From positions 12,648,001 to 12,712,000 of the forward strand of contig OZ024741.1 in assembly GCA_964016885.1 (NCBI GenBank): a stretch of DNA of 64,000 nt, written 5' to 3'. Shown here in pieces: positions 1 through 18,000 of the stretch. The translations under genes were made by a program, and so were the position numbers. The stretch comes from Eledone cirrhosa (Eukaryota). The stretch's first letter is position 1; the number at the start of each line of letters is the position of its first letter. The notes beneath the pieces are model-generated. The model made no database searches. It had not been told where the DNA came from and saw only the letters and a program-made list of their open reading frames with translations.

Positions 1-3000
1 ACACATCTACTGATTTACATACACACATCTACTGAGTTACATACAGACACATCTACTGAGTTACATACACACACATCTACTGAGTTACATACACTCACAT
101 CTACTGAGTAACATACACACACATCTACTGTGTTACATACACACACATCTACTGAGTCACATACATACATCTACTGAATTACATACACACACATCTACTG
201 AGTTACATACACACGCATCTACTGAGTTACATACACACATCTACTGAATTACATACACGCAAATCTAGTGAGTTACATACACACACATCTACTGAGTTAC
301 ATACACACACATCTCCTAAGTTATATACACACATCTACTGAGTTACATACACACACATCTACTGAGTTACATACAGACATATCTACTGAGTTACATACAC
401 ACATCTACTGAGTTATATACACGCACATCTACGGAGTTACATACACACACATCTACTGAGTTACATACATCTACTGAGTTACATACACACACATCTACTG
501 AGTTACATACACACACATCTACTGAGTTACATATACACACATCTACTGTTTTACATACACACACATCTACTGAGTTACATACACACATCTACTGAGTTAC
601 ATACACACACATCTACGGAGTTACATACACACACATCTACTGAGTTACATACATCTACTGAGTTACATACACTCACATCTACTGAGTTACATACACACAT
701 ATCTACTGAGTTACATACACACATCTAATGAGCTACATACACACATATCTACTGAGTTACATACACATATCTACTGAGTTACATACACACACACCTACTG
801 AGTTACATGCACACATCTACTGAGTTACATACACACATCTACTGAGTTACATACACACACATCTACTGAGTTACACAAACAACTATTGAGTTACTTATAC
901 ACACATCTACTGAGTTGCATACACACATCTACTGAGTTACATATACACACATCTGCTGTGTTACATACACACACCTCTACTGAGTCACATACATACACCT
1001 ACTGAGTTACATACACACATCAACTGTGTTACATACACACATCTGCTGAGTTACATACACACACATCTACTGAGTTACATACACACACATCTACTGAGTT
1101 ACATACATACACATCTACTGAGTTACATACACACATATCTACTGAGTTACATACACACACATCTACTGAGTTACATATACACACATCTACTGAGTTACAT
1201 ATACACACATCTACTGAGTTACATACACACAAATATACTGAGTTACATACACACACATCAACTGAGATACATACACACCTCTACTGAGTTACATACACAC
1301 ATCTACTGAGTTACATACACAAACACCTACCGAGTTACATACACACACATCTACTGTGTTACATACACACATCTACTGAGTCACATACATACATCTACTG
1401 AATTACATACACACACATCGACTGAGTTACATACACACGCATCTACTGAGTTACATACACACATCTACTGAATTACATACACGCACATTTACTGAGTTAC
1501 ATACACTCACATCTACTGAGTTACGTACACACATATCTACTGAGTTACATACACACATCTAATGAGCTACATACACACATATCTACTGAGTTACATACAC
1601 ACATCTAGTGAGTTACATACACACATCTACTGATTTATATACACTCACATCTACTGAGTTACATACACTCACATCTACTGAGTTACGTACACACATATCT
1701 ACTGAGTTACATACACACATCTAATGAGCTACATACACACATATCTACTGAGTTACATACACACATCTAGTGAGTTACATACACACATCTACTGAGTTAC
1801 ATACACACACATCTACTGAGTTACATACACACACCTCTACTGAGTTACATACACACATCCACTGAGTTGCATACACACACCTCTACTGAGTTACATACAC
1901 ACACCTCTACTGAGTTACATACACACATCCACTGAGCTACATACACACACCTCTACTGAGTTACATACACACATGTACTGAGTTACATACACGCATCCAC
2001 TGAGCTACATACACACACCTCTACTGAGTTACATACACACATCCACTGAGTTACATACACGCACATCTACTGAGTTACATACATACATCTACTGAGTTAC
2101 GTACGCTCACATCTACTGAGTTACATACACACACATCTACAGAGTTACATATACACACATCTACTGAGTTGCATACACACATCTACTGAGTTACATATAC
2201 ACACATCTACTGTGTTACATACACACACCTCTACTGAGTTACATACATACACATCTACTGAGTTATATACACACACATCTACTGAGTTACATACACACAC
2301 GTCTACTAAGTTACATACACACATCTACTGAGTTACATACACACATCTACTGAGTTACATACACACACATCTACTGAGTTACACACACATCTACTGAGTT
2401 ACATATACACACATCTACTGAGTTACATATACACACATCTGCTGTGTTACATACACACACTTCTACTGAGTCACATACATACACCCACTGAGTTATATAC
2501 ACACATCAACTGAGTTACATACACATACATCTACTGAATTACATACATACACATCTACTGAGTTACATACACACGCATCTACTGAGTTACATACACACAT
2601 CCAGTGATTTACATACACGCACATCTACTGAGTTACATACATACATCTACTGAGTTACGTACGCTCACATCTACTGAGTTACATATACACACATCTATTG
2701 AGTTGCATACACACATCTACTGAGTTACATATACACACATCTACTGTGTTACATACACACACCTCTAGTGAGTTACATACATACACATCTACTGAGTTAC
2801 ATACACACACATCTACTGAGTTACATACACACACATCTACTAAGTTACATACACACATCTACTGAGTTACATACACACATCTACTGAGTTACATACACAC
2901 ACATCTACTGAGTTACACAAACAACTATTGAGTTACTTATACACACATCTACTGAGTTGCATACACACATCTACTGAGTTACATATACACACATCTGCTG

Positions 3001-6000
3001 TGTTACATACACACACCTCTACTGAGTCACATACATACACCTACTGAGTTACATACACACATCAACTGTGTTACATACACACATCTGCTGAGTTACATAC
3101 ACACACATCTACTGAGTTACATACACACACATCTACTGAGTTACATACATACACATCTACTGAGTTACATACACACATATCTACTGAGTTACATACACAC
3201 ACATCTACTGAGTTACATATACACACATCTACTGAGTTACATATACACACATCTACAGAGTTACATACACACAAATATACTGAGTTACATACACACACAT
3301 CAACTGAGATACATACACACATCTACAGAGTTACATACACACACATCTACTGACTTTCATATACACACATCTACTGAGTTAAATACACACACATCTACTG
3401 AGTTACATACACAAACACCTACCGAGTTACATACACACACATCTACTGTGTTACATACACACATCTACTGAGTCACATACATACATCTACTGAATTACAT
3501 ACACACACATCGACTGAGTTACATACACACGCATCTACTGAGTTACATACACACATCTACTGAATTACATACACGCACATTTACTGAGTTACATACACAC
3601 ACATCTACTGAGTTACATACACACACATCTCCTAAGTTACATACACACATCTACTGAGTCACATATATACATCTACTGAATTACATACACACACATCGAC
3701 TGAGTTACATACACACGCATCTACTGAGTTACATACACACATCTACTGAATTACATACACGCACATTTACTGAGTTACATACACACACATCTACTGAGTT
3801 ACATACACACATATCTACTGAGTTACATACACACACATCTACTGAGTTACATACACACATCTAATGAGTCACATACATACATCTACTGAATTACATACAC
3901 ACACATCTACTGAGTTACATACACACACATCTACTGAGTTACATACACACACATCTACTGAGTTACATACACACCCATCTACTGAGTTACATATACACAC
4001 ATCTACTGAGTTACATACACACACATCAACTGAGTTACATACACATACATCTACTGAGTTACATACACACACATCTACTGTGTTACATATACACACATCT
4101 ATTGAGTTACATACATACATCTACTGAGATACATACACACCTCTACTGAGTTACATACACACATCTACTGAGTTACATATACACACATCTACTGAGATAC
4201 ATACACATAACTACTGAGTTACATACACACATCTCCTGAGTTACATACGCTCACATCTACTTAGTTACATACACACACATCTACAGAGTTACATATACAC
4301 ACATTTACTGAGTTACATACACACATCTACTGAGTTACATACACACACTTCAACTGAGTTACATACACATACATCTACTGAGTTACATACACACACATCT
4401 ACTGAGTTACATATACACACATCTATTGAGTTACATACACACACATCTACTGAGTTACATACACACATCTACTGAGTTACATAAACACATATCTAAGGAG
4501 TTACATACACTCACATCTACTGAGTTACATACACACACATCTACTGAGTTACATACACAAACATCTACTGAGTTACATACACACACATCTACTGTGTTAC
4601 ATACACACACATCTACTGAGTCACATACATACATCTACTGAATAACATACACACACATCTACTGAGTTACATACACACGCATCTACTGAGTTACATATAC
4701 ACACATCCACTGAGCTACATACACACACCTCTACTGAGTTACATACACACATCTACTGAGTTACATACACGCACATCTACTGAGTTACATACATACATCT
4801 ACTGTGTTACATACACACACATCTACTGAGTTACATACACACACATCTACTGAGTTACACATACATACATCTACTGAGTTACATACATACACATCAACTG
4901 AGATACATACACACATCTACAGAGTTACATACACAAACATCTACTGACTTACATATACCCACATCTACTGAGTTACATACACACACATCTACTGAGTTAC
5001 ATACACATATCTACTGAGTTACATACACACATCGACTGACTTACATACACATACAACTACTGTTGTTATATATACACATATCTACTGAGTTACAAACACA
5101 TATCTACTCAGTTACATATACACACACAACTACTGAGTTACATGCACACATATACTGAGTTACATACACACATATCTACTGAGTTACATACACACATCTA
5201 CTTAGTTACAAACACAAATCTACTGAGTTACATACATACACATCTACTGAGTTACATACACTCACATCTACTGAGTTACATACACACATATCTACTGAGT
5301 TACATACACGCACATCTATTGAGTCACATACACACACATCTACTGATTTACATACACACACCTCTACTGAGTTACATACACACACAACTACTGAGTTACA
5401 TATACACACATCTACTGAGTTACATACACACAAATCTACTGAGTTTCATACACACACATCTAATGAGTTACATACACGCACCTCTACTGAGTTACATACA
5501 TACATCTACTGAGTTACATACATACACATCTACTGAGTTATATAAACACACATCTACTGAGTTACATACAGAAACATCTACTGAGTTACATACACACCTC
5601 TACTGAGTTACATACACACACCATCTACTGAGTTACATACACACATATCTTCTGAATTACATATACACACATCTACTGAGTTACATACACACACATCAAC
5701 TGAGATACATACACACATGTACAGAGTTACATACAGACACATCTACTGAGTTACATATACACATCTACTAAGCTACATACACACACATCTACTGAGTTAC
5801 AGACACACATCTACTGAGTTACATACACACATCTACTGAGTTACATACACACACATCTACTGAGTTACATACACACATATCTACTGAGTTACATATACAC
5901 ATATCTACCGAGTTACATACGCATATCTACTGAGTTACATACACACACACAACTACTGAGTTCCATGCACACTACTCCTTAGTTACATACACTCACATCT

Positions 6001-9000
6001 ACTGAGTTACATACACTCACATCTACTGAGTTACATACACACACATCTACTGAGTTACATACACATATCTACTGAGTTACATACACACACAACTACTGAG
6101 TTACATGCAAACATCTACTGAGTTACATACACATATATCTACTGAGTTACATACACACCTCTACTTAGTTACATATACACACATCCACTGAGTTACATAC
6201 ACACACCTCTACTGAGTTACATACACACACATCTACTGAGATACATATACACACATCTACTGAGTTACATACACACATCTACTGAGTTACATATACACAC
6301 ATCCACTGAGTTACATACACACACCTCTACTGAGTTACATACATACACATCTACTGAGTTACATACATACACATCTACTGAGTTACATACACTCACATCT
6401 ACTGAGTTACATACACACGCATCTACTGAGTTACATACACACTACTGCTGAGTTACATACACACACATTTACTGAGTTACATACACACACATCTACTGTG
6501 TTACATACACACACATCTACTGAGTCACATACATACATCTACTGAATTACATACACACACATCTACTGAGTTACATACACACGCATCTACTGAGTTACAT
6601 ACACACATCTACTGAATTACATACACGCACATCTACTGAGTTACATACACACACATCTACTGAGTTACATACATACACATCTCCTAAGTTATATACACAC
6701 ATCTACTGAGTTACATACACACACATCTACTGAGTTACATACACACACATCTACTGAGTTACATACACACACATCTACTGTGTTACATAAACACACATCT
6801 ACTGAGTTACATACACACCTCTACTGAGTTATATACACTCACATCTACTGAGTTACATACACTCACATCTACTGAGTTACATACACACATATCTACTGAG
6901 TTACATACACACATCTAATGAGCTACATACACACATATCTACTGACTTACATACACACATCTAGTGAGTTACATACACACATCTACTGAGTTACATATAC
7001 ACACATCTACTGAGTTACATACACACACCTCTACTGAGTTACATACACACATCCACTGAGTTACATACACGCACATCTACTGAGTTACATACATACATCT
7101 ACTGAGTTACGTACGCTCACATCTACTGAGTTACATACACACACATCTACAGAGTTACATATACACACATCTACTGAGTTGCATATACACACATCTACTG
7201 TGTTACATACACACACCTCTACTGAGTTACATACATACACATCTACTGAGTTACATACACACACATCTACTGAGTTACATATACTCACATCTATTGAGTT
7301 ACATACACACATCTACTGAGTTACATACACACATCTACTGAGTTACATACACACACACAATTACTGAGTTACATATACACACATCTACTGAGATACATAC
7401 ACATAACTACTGAGTTACATACACACATCTACTGAGTTAAATACACACACATCTGCTGAGTTACATACACAAACACCTACCGAGTTACATACACACACAT
7501 CTACTGTGTTACATACACACATCTACTGAGTCACATACATACATCTACTAAATTACATGCGCACACATCAACTGAGTTACATACACACGCATCTACTGAG
7601 TTACATACACACATCCACTGAATTACATACACGCACATTTACTGAGTTACATACACACACATCTACTTAGTTACATACACACACATCTCCTAAGTTACAT
7701 ACACACATCTACTGAGTTACATACACACACATCTACTGAGTTACATACACACACATCTACTGAGTTACATACACACACATCTACTGAGTTACATACACAC
7801 ACATCTACTGAGTTACATATACACACATCTACTGAGTTACATACACACACATCAACTGAGTTACATACACATACATCTACTGAGTTACATACACACACAT
7901 CTACTGAGTTACATATACACACATCTATTGAGTTACATACACACATCTATTGAGTTACATACACACCTCTACTGAGTTACATACACACATCTACTGAGTT
8001 ACATACACACACACAATTACTGAGTTACATATACACACATCTACTGAGATACATACACATAACTACTGAGTTACATACACACATCTACTGTGTTACATAC
8101 ACACACATCTACTGAGTTACATACACACATCTACTGAATTACATACACGCACATCTAATGAGTCACATACATACATCTACTGAATTACATACACACACAT
8201 CTACTGAGTTACATACAGACACATCTACTGAGATACATACACATAACTACTGAGTTACATACACACATCTACTGAGTTAAATACACACACATCTACTGAG
8301 TTACATATACAAACACCTACCGAGTTACATACACACACATCTACTGTGTTGCATACACACATCTACTGAGTCACATACATACATCTACTAAATTACATAC
8401 GCACACATCAACTGAGTTACATACACACGCATCTACTGAGTTACATACACACATCCACTGAATTACATACACGCACATTTACTGAGTTACATACACACAC
8501 ATCTACTTAGTTACATACACACACATCTACTGAGTTACATACACACACATCTACTGAGTTACATATACACACATCTACTGAGTTACATACACACACATCA
8601 ACTGAGTTACATACACATACATCTACTGAGTTACATACACACACATCTACTGAGTTACATATACACACATCTACTGACTTTGATATACACACATCTACTG
8701 AGTTACATACACACACATCTACCGTGTTACATACACACATCTACTGAGCCACATACATACATCTACTGAATTACATACACACACATCTACTGAGTTACAT
8801 ACACACGCATCTACTGAGATACATACACACATCTACTGAATTACATACACGCACATTTACTGAGTTACATACACACACATCTACTGAGTTACATACACAC
8901 ACATCTCCTAAGTTACATACACACATCTACTGAGTTACATACACACACATCTACTGAGTTACATACACACATATCTACTGAGTTACATACACACATCTAC

Positions 9001-12000
9001 TGAGTTACATACACGCACATCTATTGAGTTACATACACACACATCTACTGAGATAGATACACAGACATCTACTGAGTTACATACATACATCTACTGAGTT
9101 ACATACACTCACATCTACTGAGTTACATACACTCACATCTACTCAGTTACATACACACATATCTACTGAGTTACATACACACACATCTACTGTGTCACAT
9201 ACAGACACATCTACTGAGTTACATACACACACATCTACTGAGTTACATACACACACATCTACTGAGTAACATACACACACATCTACTGTGTTACATACAC
9301 ACACATCTACTGGGTCACATACATATATCTACTGAATTACATACACACACATCTACTGAGTTACATACACACATCTACTGAATTACATACACGCACATCT
9401 ACTGAGTTACATACACACACATCTACTGAGTTACATACACACACATCTCCTAATTTATATACACACATCTACTGAGTTACATACACACACATCTACTGAG
9501 TTACATACAGACATATCTACTGAGTTACATACACACATCTACTGAGTTATATACACGCACATCTACGGAGTTACATACACACACATCTACTGAGTTACAT
9601 ACATCTACTGAGTTACATACACACACATCTACTGAGTTACATACACACACATCTACTGAGTTACATACACACACATCTGCTGAGTTACATACACACAGAT
9701 CTAGTGAGTTACATACATACATCTACTGAGTTACATATACACATATCTACTGAGTTACATACACACACATCTACTGAGTTATATACACACACATCTAGTG
9801 AGTTACATACACACACATCTACTGAGTTACATACACTCACATCTACTGTGTTTCATACACACATATCTCCCTAGTTGCATACACACATCTACTGAGTAAC
9901 AAACACACACATCTACTGAGTCACATACATACACATCTACTGAGTTACATACACACATCTACTGAGTTACATACACACATCTACTGAGTTACACACACAT
10001 CTACTGAGTTACATACACACACATCTACTGAGTTACATACACACACATCTACTGAGTTACATACACACACATCTACTGAGTTACATACACACACATTTAC
10101 TGAGTTACATATACACACATCTACTGAGTTACATACACACACATCAACTGAGTTACATACACATACATCTACTGAGTTACATACACACACATCTACTGAG
10201 TTACATATACACACATCTACTGACTTTGATATACACACATCTACTGAGTTACATACACGCACATCTACCGTGTTACATACACACATCTACTGAGCCACAT
10301 ACATACATCTACTGAATTACATACACATACATCTACTGAATTACATACATACACATCTACTGAGTTACATACACACGCATCTACTGAGTTACATACACAC
10401 ATCTGCTGAGTTACATACACACACATTTACTGAGTTACATACACACACATCTACTGAGTTACATACATACACATCTACTGAGTTACATACACACACATCT
10501 ACTGAGTTACATACACACACATCTACTGAGTTACATATACACACATCTACTGAGTTACATACACACATCTACTGAGTTACATACACGCACATCTATTGAG
10601 TTACATACACACACCTCTACTGAGTTACATACACACATCCACTGAGTTACATACACGCACATCTACTGAGTTACATACATACATCTACTGAGTTACGTAC
10701 GCTCACATCTACTGAGTTACATACACACACATCTACAGAGTTACATATACACACATCTACTGAGTTGCATACACACATCTACTGAGTTACATATACACAC
10801 ATCTACTGTGTTACATACACACACCTCTACTGAGTTACATACATACACATCTACTGAGTTACATACACACACATCTACTGAGTGACATATACACACATCT
10901 ATTGAGTTACATACACACATCTACTGAGTTACATACACACATCTACTGAGTTACATACACACACACAATTACTGAGTTACATATACACACATCTACTGAG
11001 ATACATACACATAACTACTGAGTTACATACACAAATCTACTGAGTTAAATACACACAGATCTACTGAGTTACATACACAAATACCTACCGAGTTACATAC
11101 ACACACATCTACTGTGTTACATACACACATCTACTGAGTCACATACATACATCTACTAAATTACATACGCACACATCAACTGAGTTACATACACACGCAT
11201 CTACTGAGTTACATACACACATCCACTGAATTACATACACGCACATTTACTGAGTTACATACACACACATCTAATGAGTTACATACACACACATCTCCTA
11301 AGTTACATACACACATCTACTGAGTTACATACACACACATCTACTGAGTTACATACACACACATCTACTGAGTTACATACAACACATCTACTGAGTTACA
11401 TACACACACATCTACTGAGTTACATATACACACATCTACTGAGTTACATACACACACATCAACTGAGTTACATACACATACATCTACTGAGTTACATACA
11501 CACACATCTACTGAGTTACATATACACACATCTATTGAGTTACATACACACATCTACTGAGTTACATACACACCTCTACTGAGTTACATACACACCTCTA
11601 CTGAGTTACATACACACATCTACTGAGTTACATACACACACACAATTACTGAGTTACATATACACACATGTACTGAGCCACATACATACATCTACTGAAT
11701 TACATACACACACATCTACTGAGTTACATACACACATATCTACTGAGTTACGTACACACATATCTACTGAGTTACATACACACATCTACTGAGTCACATA
11801 CATACATCTACTGAATTACATACACACACATCTACTGAGTTACATACACACACATCTACTGAGTTACATACACACATCTACTGTGTTACATACACACACA
11901 TCTACTGAGTCACATACGTACATCTACTGAATTACATACACACGCATCTACTGAGTTACATACACACATCTACTGAATTACATACACGCACATCTACTGA

Positions 12001-15000
12001 GTTACATACACACACATCTACTGAGTTACATACACACACATCTCCTAAGTTATATACACACATCTACTGAGTTACATACACACACATCTACTGAGTTACA
12101 TACAGACATATCTACTGAGTTACATACACACATCTACTGAGTTATATACACTCACATCTACTGAGTTACATACACTCACATCTACTGAGTTACATACACA
12201 CATATCTACTGAGTTACATACACACATCTAATGAGCTACATACAGACATATCTACTTAGTTACATATACACACATCTACTGAGGTACATACACACATCTA
12301 CTGAGTTACATACACACATCTAGTGAGTTACATACACACATCAACTGAGTTACATACACATACATCTACTGAATTACATACATACACATCTACTGAGTTA
12401 CATAAACCCGCATCTACTGAGTTACATACACACATCTGCTGAGTTACATACACACACATCTACTGAGTTACATACACACACATCTACTGAATTACATACA
12501 CACATCTACTGAGTTACATACACGCACATCTATTGAGTTACATACACACACATCTACTGAGATAGATACACACACATCTACTGAGTTACATACATACATC
12601 TACTGAGTTACATACACTCACATCTACTGAGTTACATACACTCACATCTACTCAGTTACATACACACACATCTACTGAGTTACATATATACATCTACTGA
12701 ATTACATACACACACATCTACTGAGTTACATACACACACATCTGCTGAGTTACATACACACAGATCTAGTGAGTTACATACTTACATCTACTGAGTTACA
12801 TACACACATATCTACTGAGTTACATACACACACATCTACTGAGTTATATACACACACATCTACTGAGTTACATACACACACATCTACTGAGTTACATACA
12901 CTCACATCTACTGTGTTTCATACACACATATCTCCCTAGTTGCATACACACATATACTGAGTAACAAACACACACATCTACTGAGTCACATACATACACA
13001 TCTACTGAGTTACATACACACATCTACTGAGTTACATACACACACATCTACTGAGTTACACACACATCTACTGAGTTACATATACACACATCTACTGAGT
13101 TGCATACACACATCTACTGAGTTACATATACACACAACTGCTGTGTTACATACACACACCTCTACTGAGTCACATACATACACCTACTGAGTTACATACA
13201 CAGATCAACTGAGTTACATACACATACATCTACTGAATTACATACATACACATCTACTGAGTTACATACACACGCATCTACTGAGTTACATACACACATC
13301 TGCTGAGTTACATACACACACATTTACTGAGTTACATACACACACATCTACTGAGTTACATACATACACATCTACTGAGTTACATACACACACATCTAGT
13401 GAGTTACATACACACATCTAATGAGCTACATACAGACATATCTACTTAGTTACATATACACACATCTACTGAGGTACATACACACATCTACTGAGTTACA
13501 TACACACATCTAGTGAGTTACATACACACATCAACTGAGTTACATACACATACATCTACTGAATTACATACATACACATCTACTGAGTTACATAAACACG
13601 CATCTACTGAGTTACATACACACATCTGCTGAGTTACATACACACACATCTACTGAGTTACATACACACACATCTACTGAGTTACATACACACACATCAA
13701 CTGAGATACATACACACATCTACAGAGTTACATTCACACACATCTACTGACTTTCATATACACACATCTACTGAGTTACATACACACACATCTACTGAGT
13801 TACATACACAAACACCTACCGAGTTACATACACACACATCTACTGTGTTACATACACACATCTACTGAGTCACATACATACATCTACTGAATTACATACA
13901 CACACATCTACTGAGTTACATACACACGCATCTACTGAGTTATATACACACATCTACTGAATTACATACACGCACATTTACTGAGTTACATACACACTTA
14001 TCTACTGAGTTACATACACACACATCTCCTAAGTTACATACACACATCTACTGAGTTACATACACACACATCTACTGAGTTACATACACACATATCTACT
14101 GAGTTACATACACACATCTACTGAGTTACATACACGCACATCTATTGAGTTACATACACACAGATCTACTGAGATGGATACACACACATCTACTGAGTTA
14201 CATACATACATCTACTGAGTTACATACACACACATCTACTGAGTTACATACACACATCTACTGAGTTACATACACACACATCAACTGAGTTACATACACA
14301 TACATCTACTGAGTTACATACACACACATCTACTGAGTTACATATACACACATCTAGTGAGTTACATACACACATCTACTGAGTTACATACACACACATC
14401 TACTGAGTTACATACACACATCTACTGAATTACATACACGCACATCTACTGAGTCACATACATACATCTACTGAATTACATACACACACATCTACTGAGT
14501 TACATACACACGCATCTACTGAGTTACATACACACATCTGCTGAGTTACATATACACACATCTACTGTGTTACATACACACACATCTACTGAGCTACATA
14601 CACACATCTACAGAGTTACATAAACACATATCTACGGAGTTACATACACACACATCTACTGAGTTACATACACACACATCTACTGAGTTACATACACAAA
14701 TATCTACTGAGTTACATACACACACATCTACTGTGTTACATCCACACACATCTACTGAGTCACATACATACATCTACTGAATAACATACACACACATCTA
14801 CTGAGTTACATACACACGCATCTACTGAGTTACATATACACACATCCACTGAGCTACATACACACACCTCTACTGAGTTATATACACACATCTACTGAGT
14901 TACATACACACATCAACTGAGTTACATATACACACATCTACTGAGTTACATATACACATATCTACAGAGTTACATACACACAAATCTACTGAGTTACATA

Positions 15001-18000
15001 CACACACATCAACTGAGATACATACACACATCTACAGAGTTACATACACACACATCTACTGACTTTGATATACACACATCTACTGAGTTACATACACACA
15101 CATCTACCGTGTTACATACACACATCTACTGAGCCACATACATACATCTACTGAATTACATACACACACATCTACTGAGTTACATACACACGCATCTACT
15201 GAGATACATACACACATCTACTGAATTACATACACGCACATTTACTGAGTTACATACACACACATCTACTGAGTTACATACACACACATCTCCTAAGTTA
15301 CATACACACATCTACTGAGTTACATACACACACATCTACTGAGTTACATACACACATATCTACTGAATTACATACACACATCTACTGAGTTACATACACG
15401 CACATCTATTGAGTTACATACACACACATCTACTGAGATAGATACACACACATCTACTGAGTTACATACACTCACATCTACTGAGTTACATACACTCACA
15501 TCTACTCAGTTACATACACACATATCTACTGAGTTACATACACACACATCTACTGTGTCACATACACACACATCTACTGAGTTACATATATACATCTACT
15601 GAATTACATACACACACATCTACTGAGTTACATACACACACATCTGCTGAGTTACATACACACAGATCTAGTGAGTTACATACTTACATCTACTGAGTTA
15701 CATACACACATATCTACTGAGTTACATACACACACATCTACTGAGTTATATACACACACATCTACTGAGTTACATACACACACATCTACTGAGTTACATA
15801 CACTCACATCTACTGTGTTTCATACACACATATCTCCCTAGTTGCATACACACATATACTGAGTAACAAACACACACATCTACTGAGTCACATACATACA
15901 CATCTACTGAGTTACATACACACATCTACTGAGTTACATACACACACATCTACTGAGTTACACACACATCTACTGAGTTACATATACACACATCTACTGA
16001 GTTGCATACACACATCTACTGAGTTACATATACACACATCTGCTGTGTTACATACACACACCTCTACTGAGTCACATACATACACCTACTGAGTTACATA
16101 CACAGATCAACTGAGTTACATACACATACATCTACTGAATTACATACATACACATCTACTGAGTTACATACACACGCATCTACTGAGTTACATACACACA
16201 TCTGCTGAGTTACATACACACACATTTACTGAGTTACATACACACACATCTACTGAGTTACATACATACACATCTACTGAGTTACATACACACACATCTA
16301 CTGAGTTACATACACACACATCTACTGAGTTACATATACACACATCTACTGAGTTACATATACACACATCTACTGAGTTACATACACACATCTACTGAGT
16401 TACATACACGCACATCTATTGAGTTACATACACACACATCAACTGAGATACATACACACATCTACAGAGTTACATACACACACATCTACTGACATTGATA
16501 TACACACATCTACGGAGTTACATACACACACATCTACTGTGTTACATACACACATCTACTGAGCCACATACATACATCTACTGAATTACATACACACACA
16601 TCTACTGAGTTACATACACACGCATCTACTGAGATACATACACACATCTACTGAATTACATACACGCACATTTACTGAGTTACATACACACACATCTACT
16701 GAGTTACATACACACACATCTCCTAAGTTACATACACACATCTACTGAATTACATACACGCACATTTACTGAGTTACATACACACACATCTACTGAGTTA
16801 CATACACACACATCTCCTAAGTTACATACACACATCTACTGAGTTACATACACACACATCTACTGAGTTACATACACACATATCTACTGAATTACATACA
16901 CACATCTACTGAGTTACATACACGCACATCTATTGAGATACATACACACACATCTACTGAGATAGATACACACACATCTACTGAGTTACATACATACATC
17001 TACTGAGTTACATACACTCACATCTACTGAGTTACATACACTCACATCTACTAAGTTACATACACACATATCTACTGAGTTACATACACACACATCTACT
17101 GTGTCACATACACACACATCTACTGAGTTACATATATACATCTACTGAATTACATACACACACATCTACTGAGTTACATACACACACATCTGCTGAGTTA
17201 CATACACACAGATCTAGTGAGTTACATACTTACATCTACTGAGTTACATACACACATATCTACTGAGTTACATACACACACATCTACTGAGTTATATACA
17301 CACACATCTACTGAGTTACATACACACACATCTACTGAGTTACATACACTCACATCTACTGTGTTTCATACACACATATCTCCCTAGTTGCATACACACA
17401 TATACTGAGTAACAAACACACACATCTACTGAGTCACATACATACACATCTACTGAGTTACATACACACATCTACTGAGTTACATACACACACATCTACT
17501 GAGTTACACACACATCTACTGAGTTACATATACACACATCTACTGAGTTGCATACACACATCTACTGAGTTACATATACACACATCTGCTGTGTTACATA
17601 CACACACCTCTACTGAGTCACATACATACACCTACTGAGTTACATACACAGATCAACTGAGTTACATACACATACATCTACTGAATTACATACATACACA
17701 TCTACTGAGTTACATACACACGCATCTACTGAGTTACATACACACATCTGCTGAGTTACATACACACACATTTACTGAGTTACATACACACACATCTACT
17801 GAGTTACATACATACACATCTACTGAGTTACATACACACACATCTACTGAGTTACATACACACACATCTACTGAGTTACATATACACACATCTACTGAGT
17901 TACATATACACACATCTACTGAGTTACATACACACATCTACTGAGTTACATACACGCACATCTATTGAGTTACATACACACACATCAACTGAGATACATA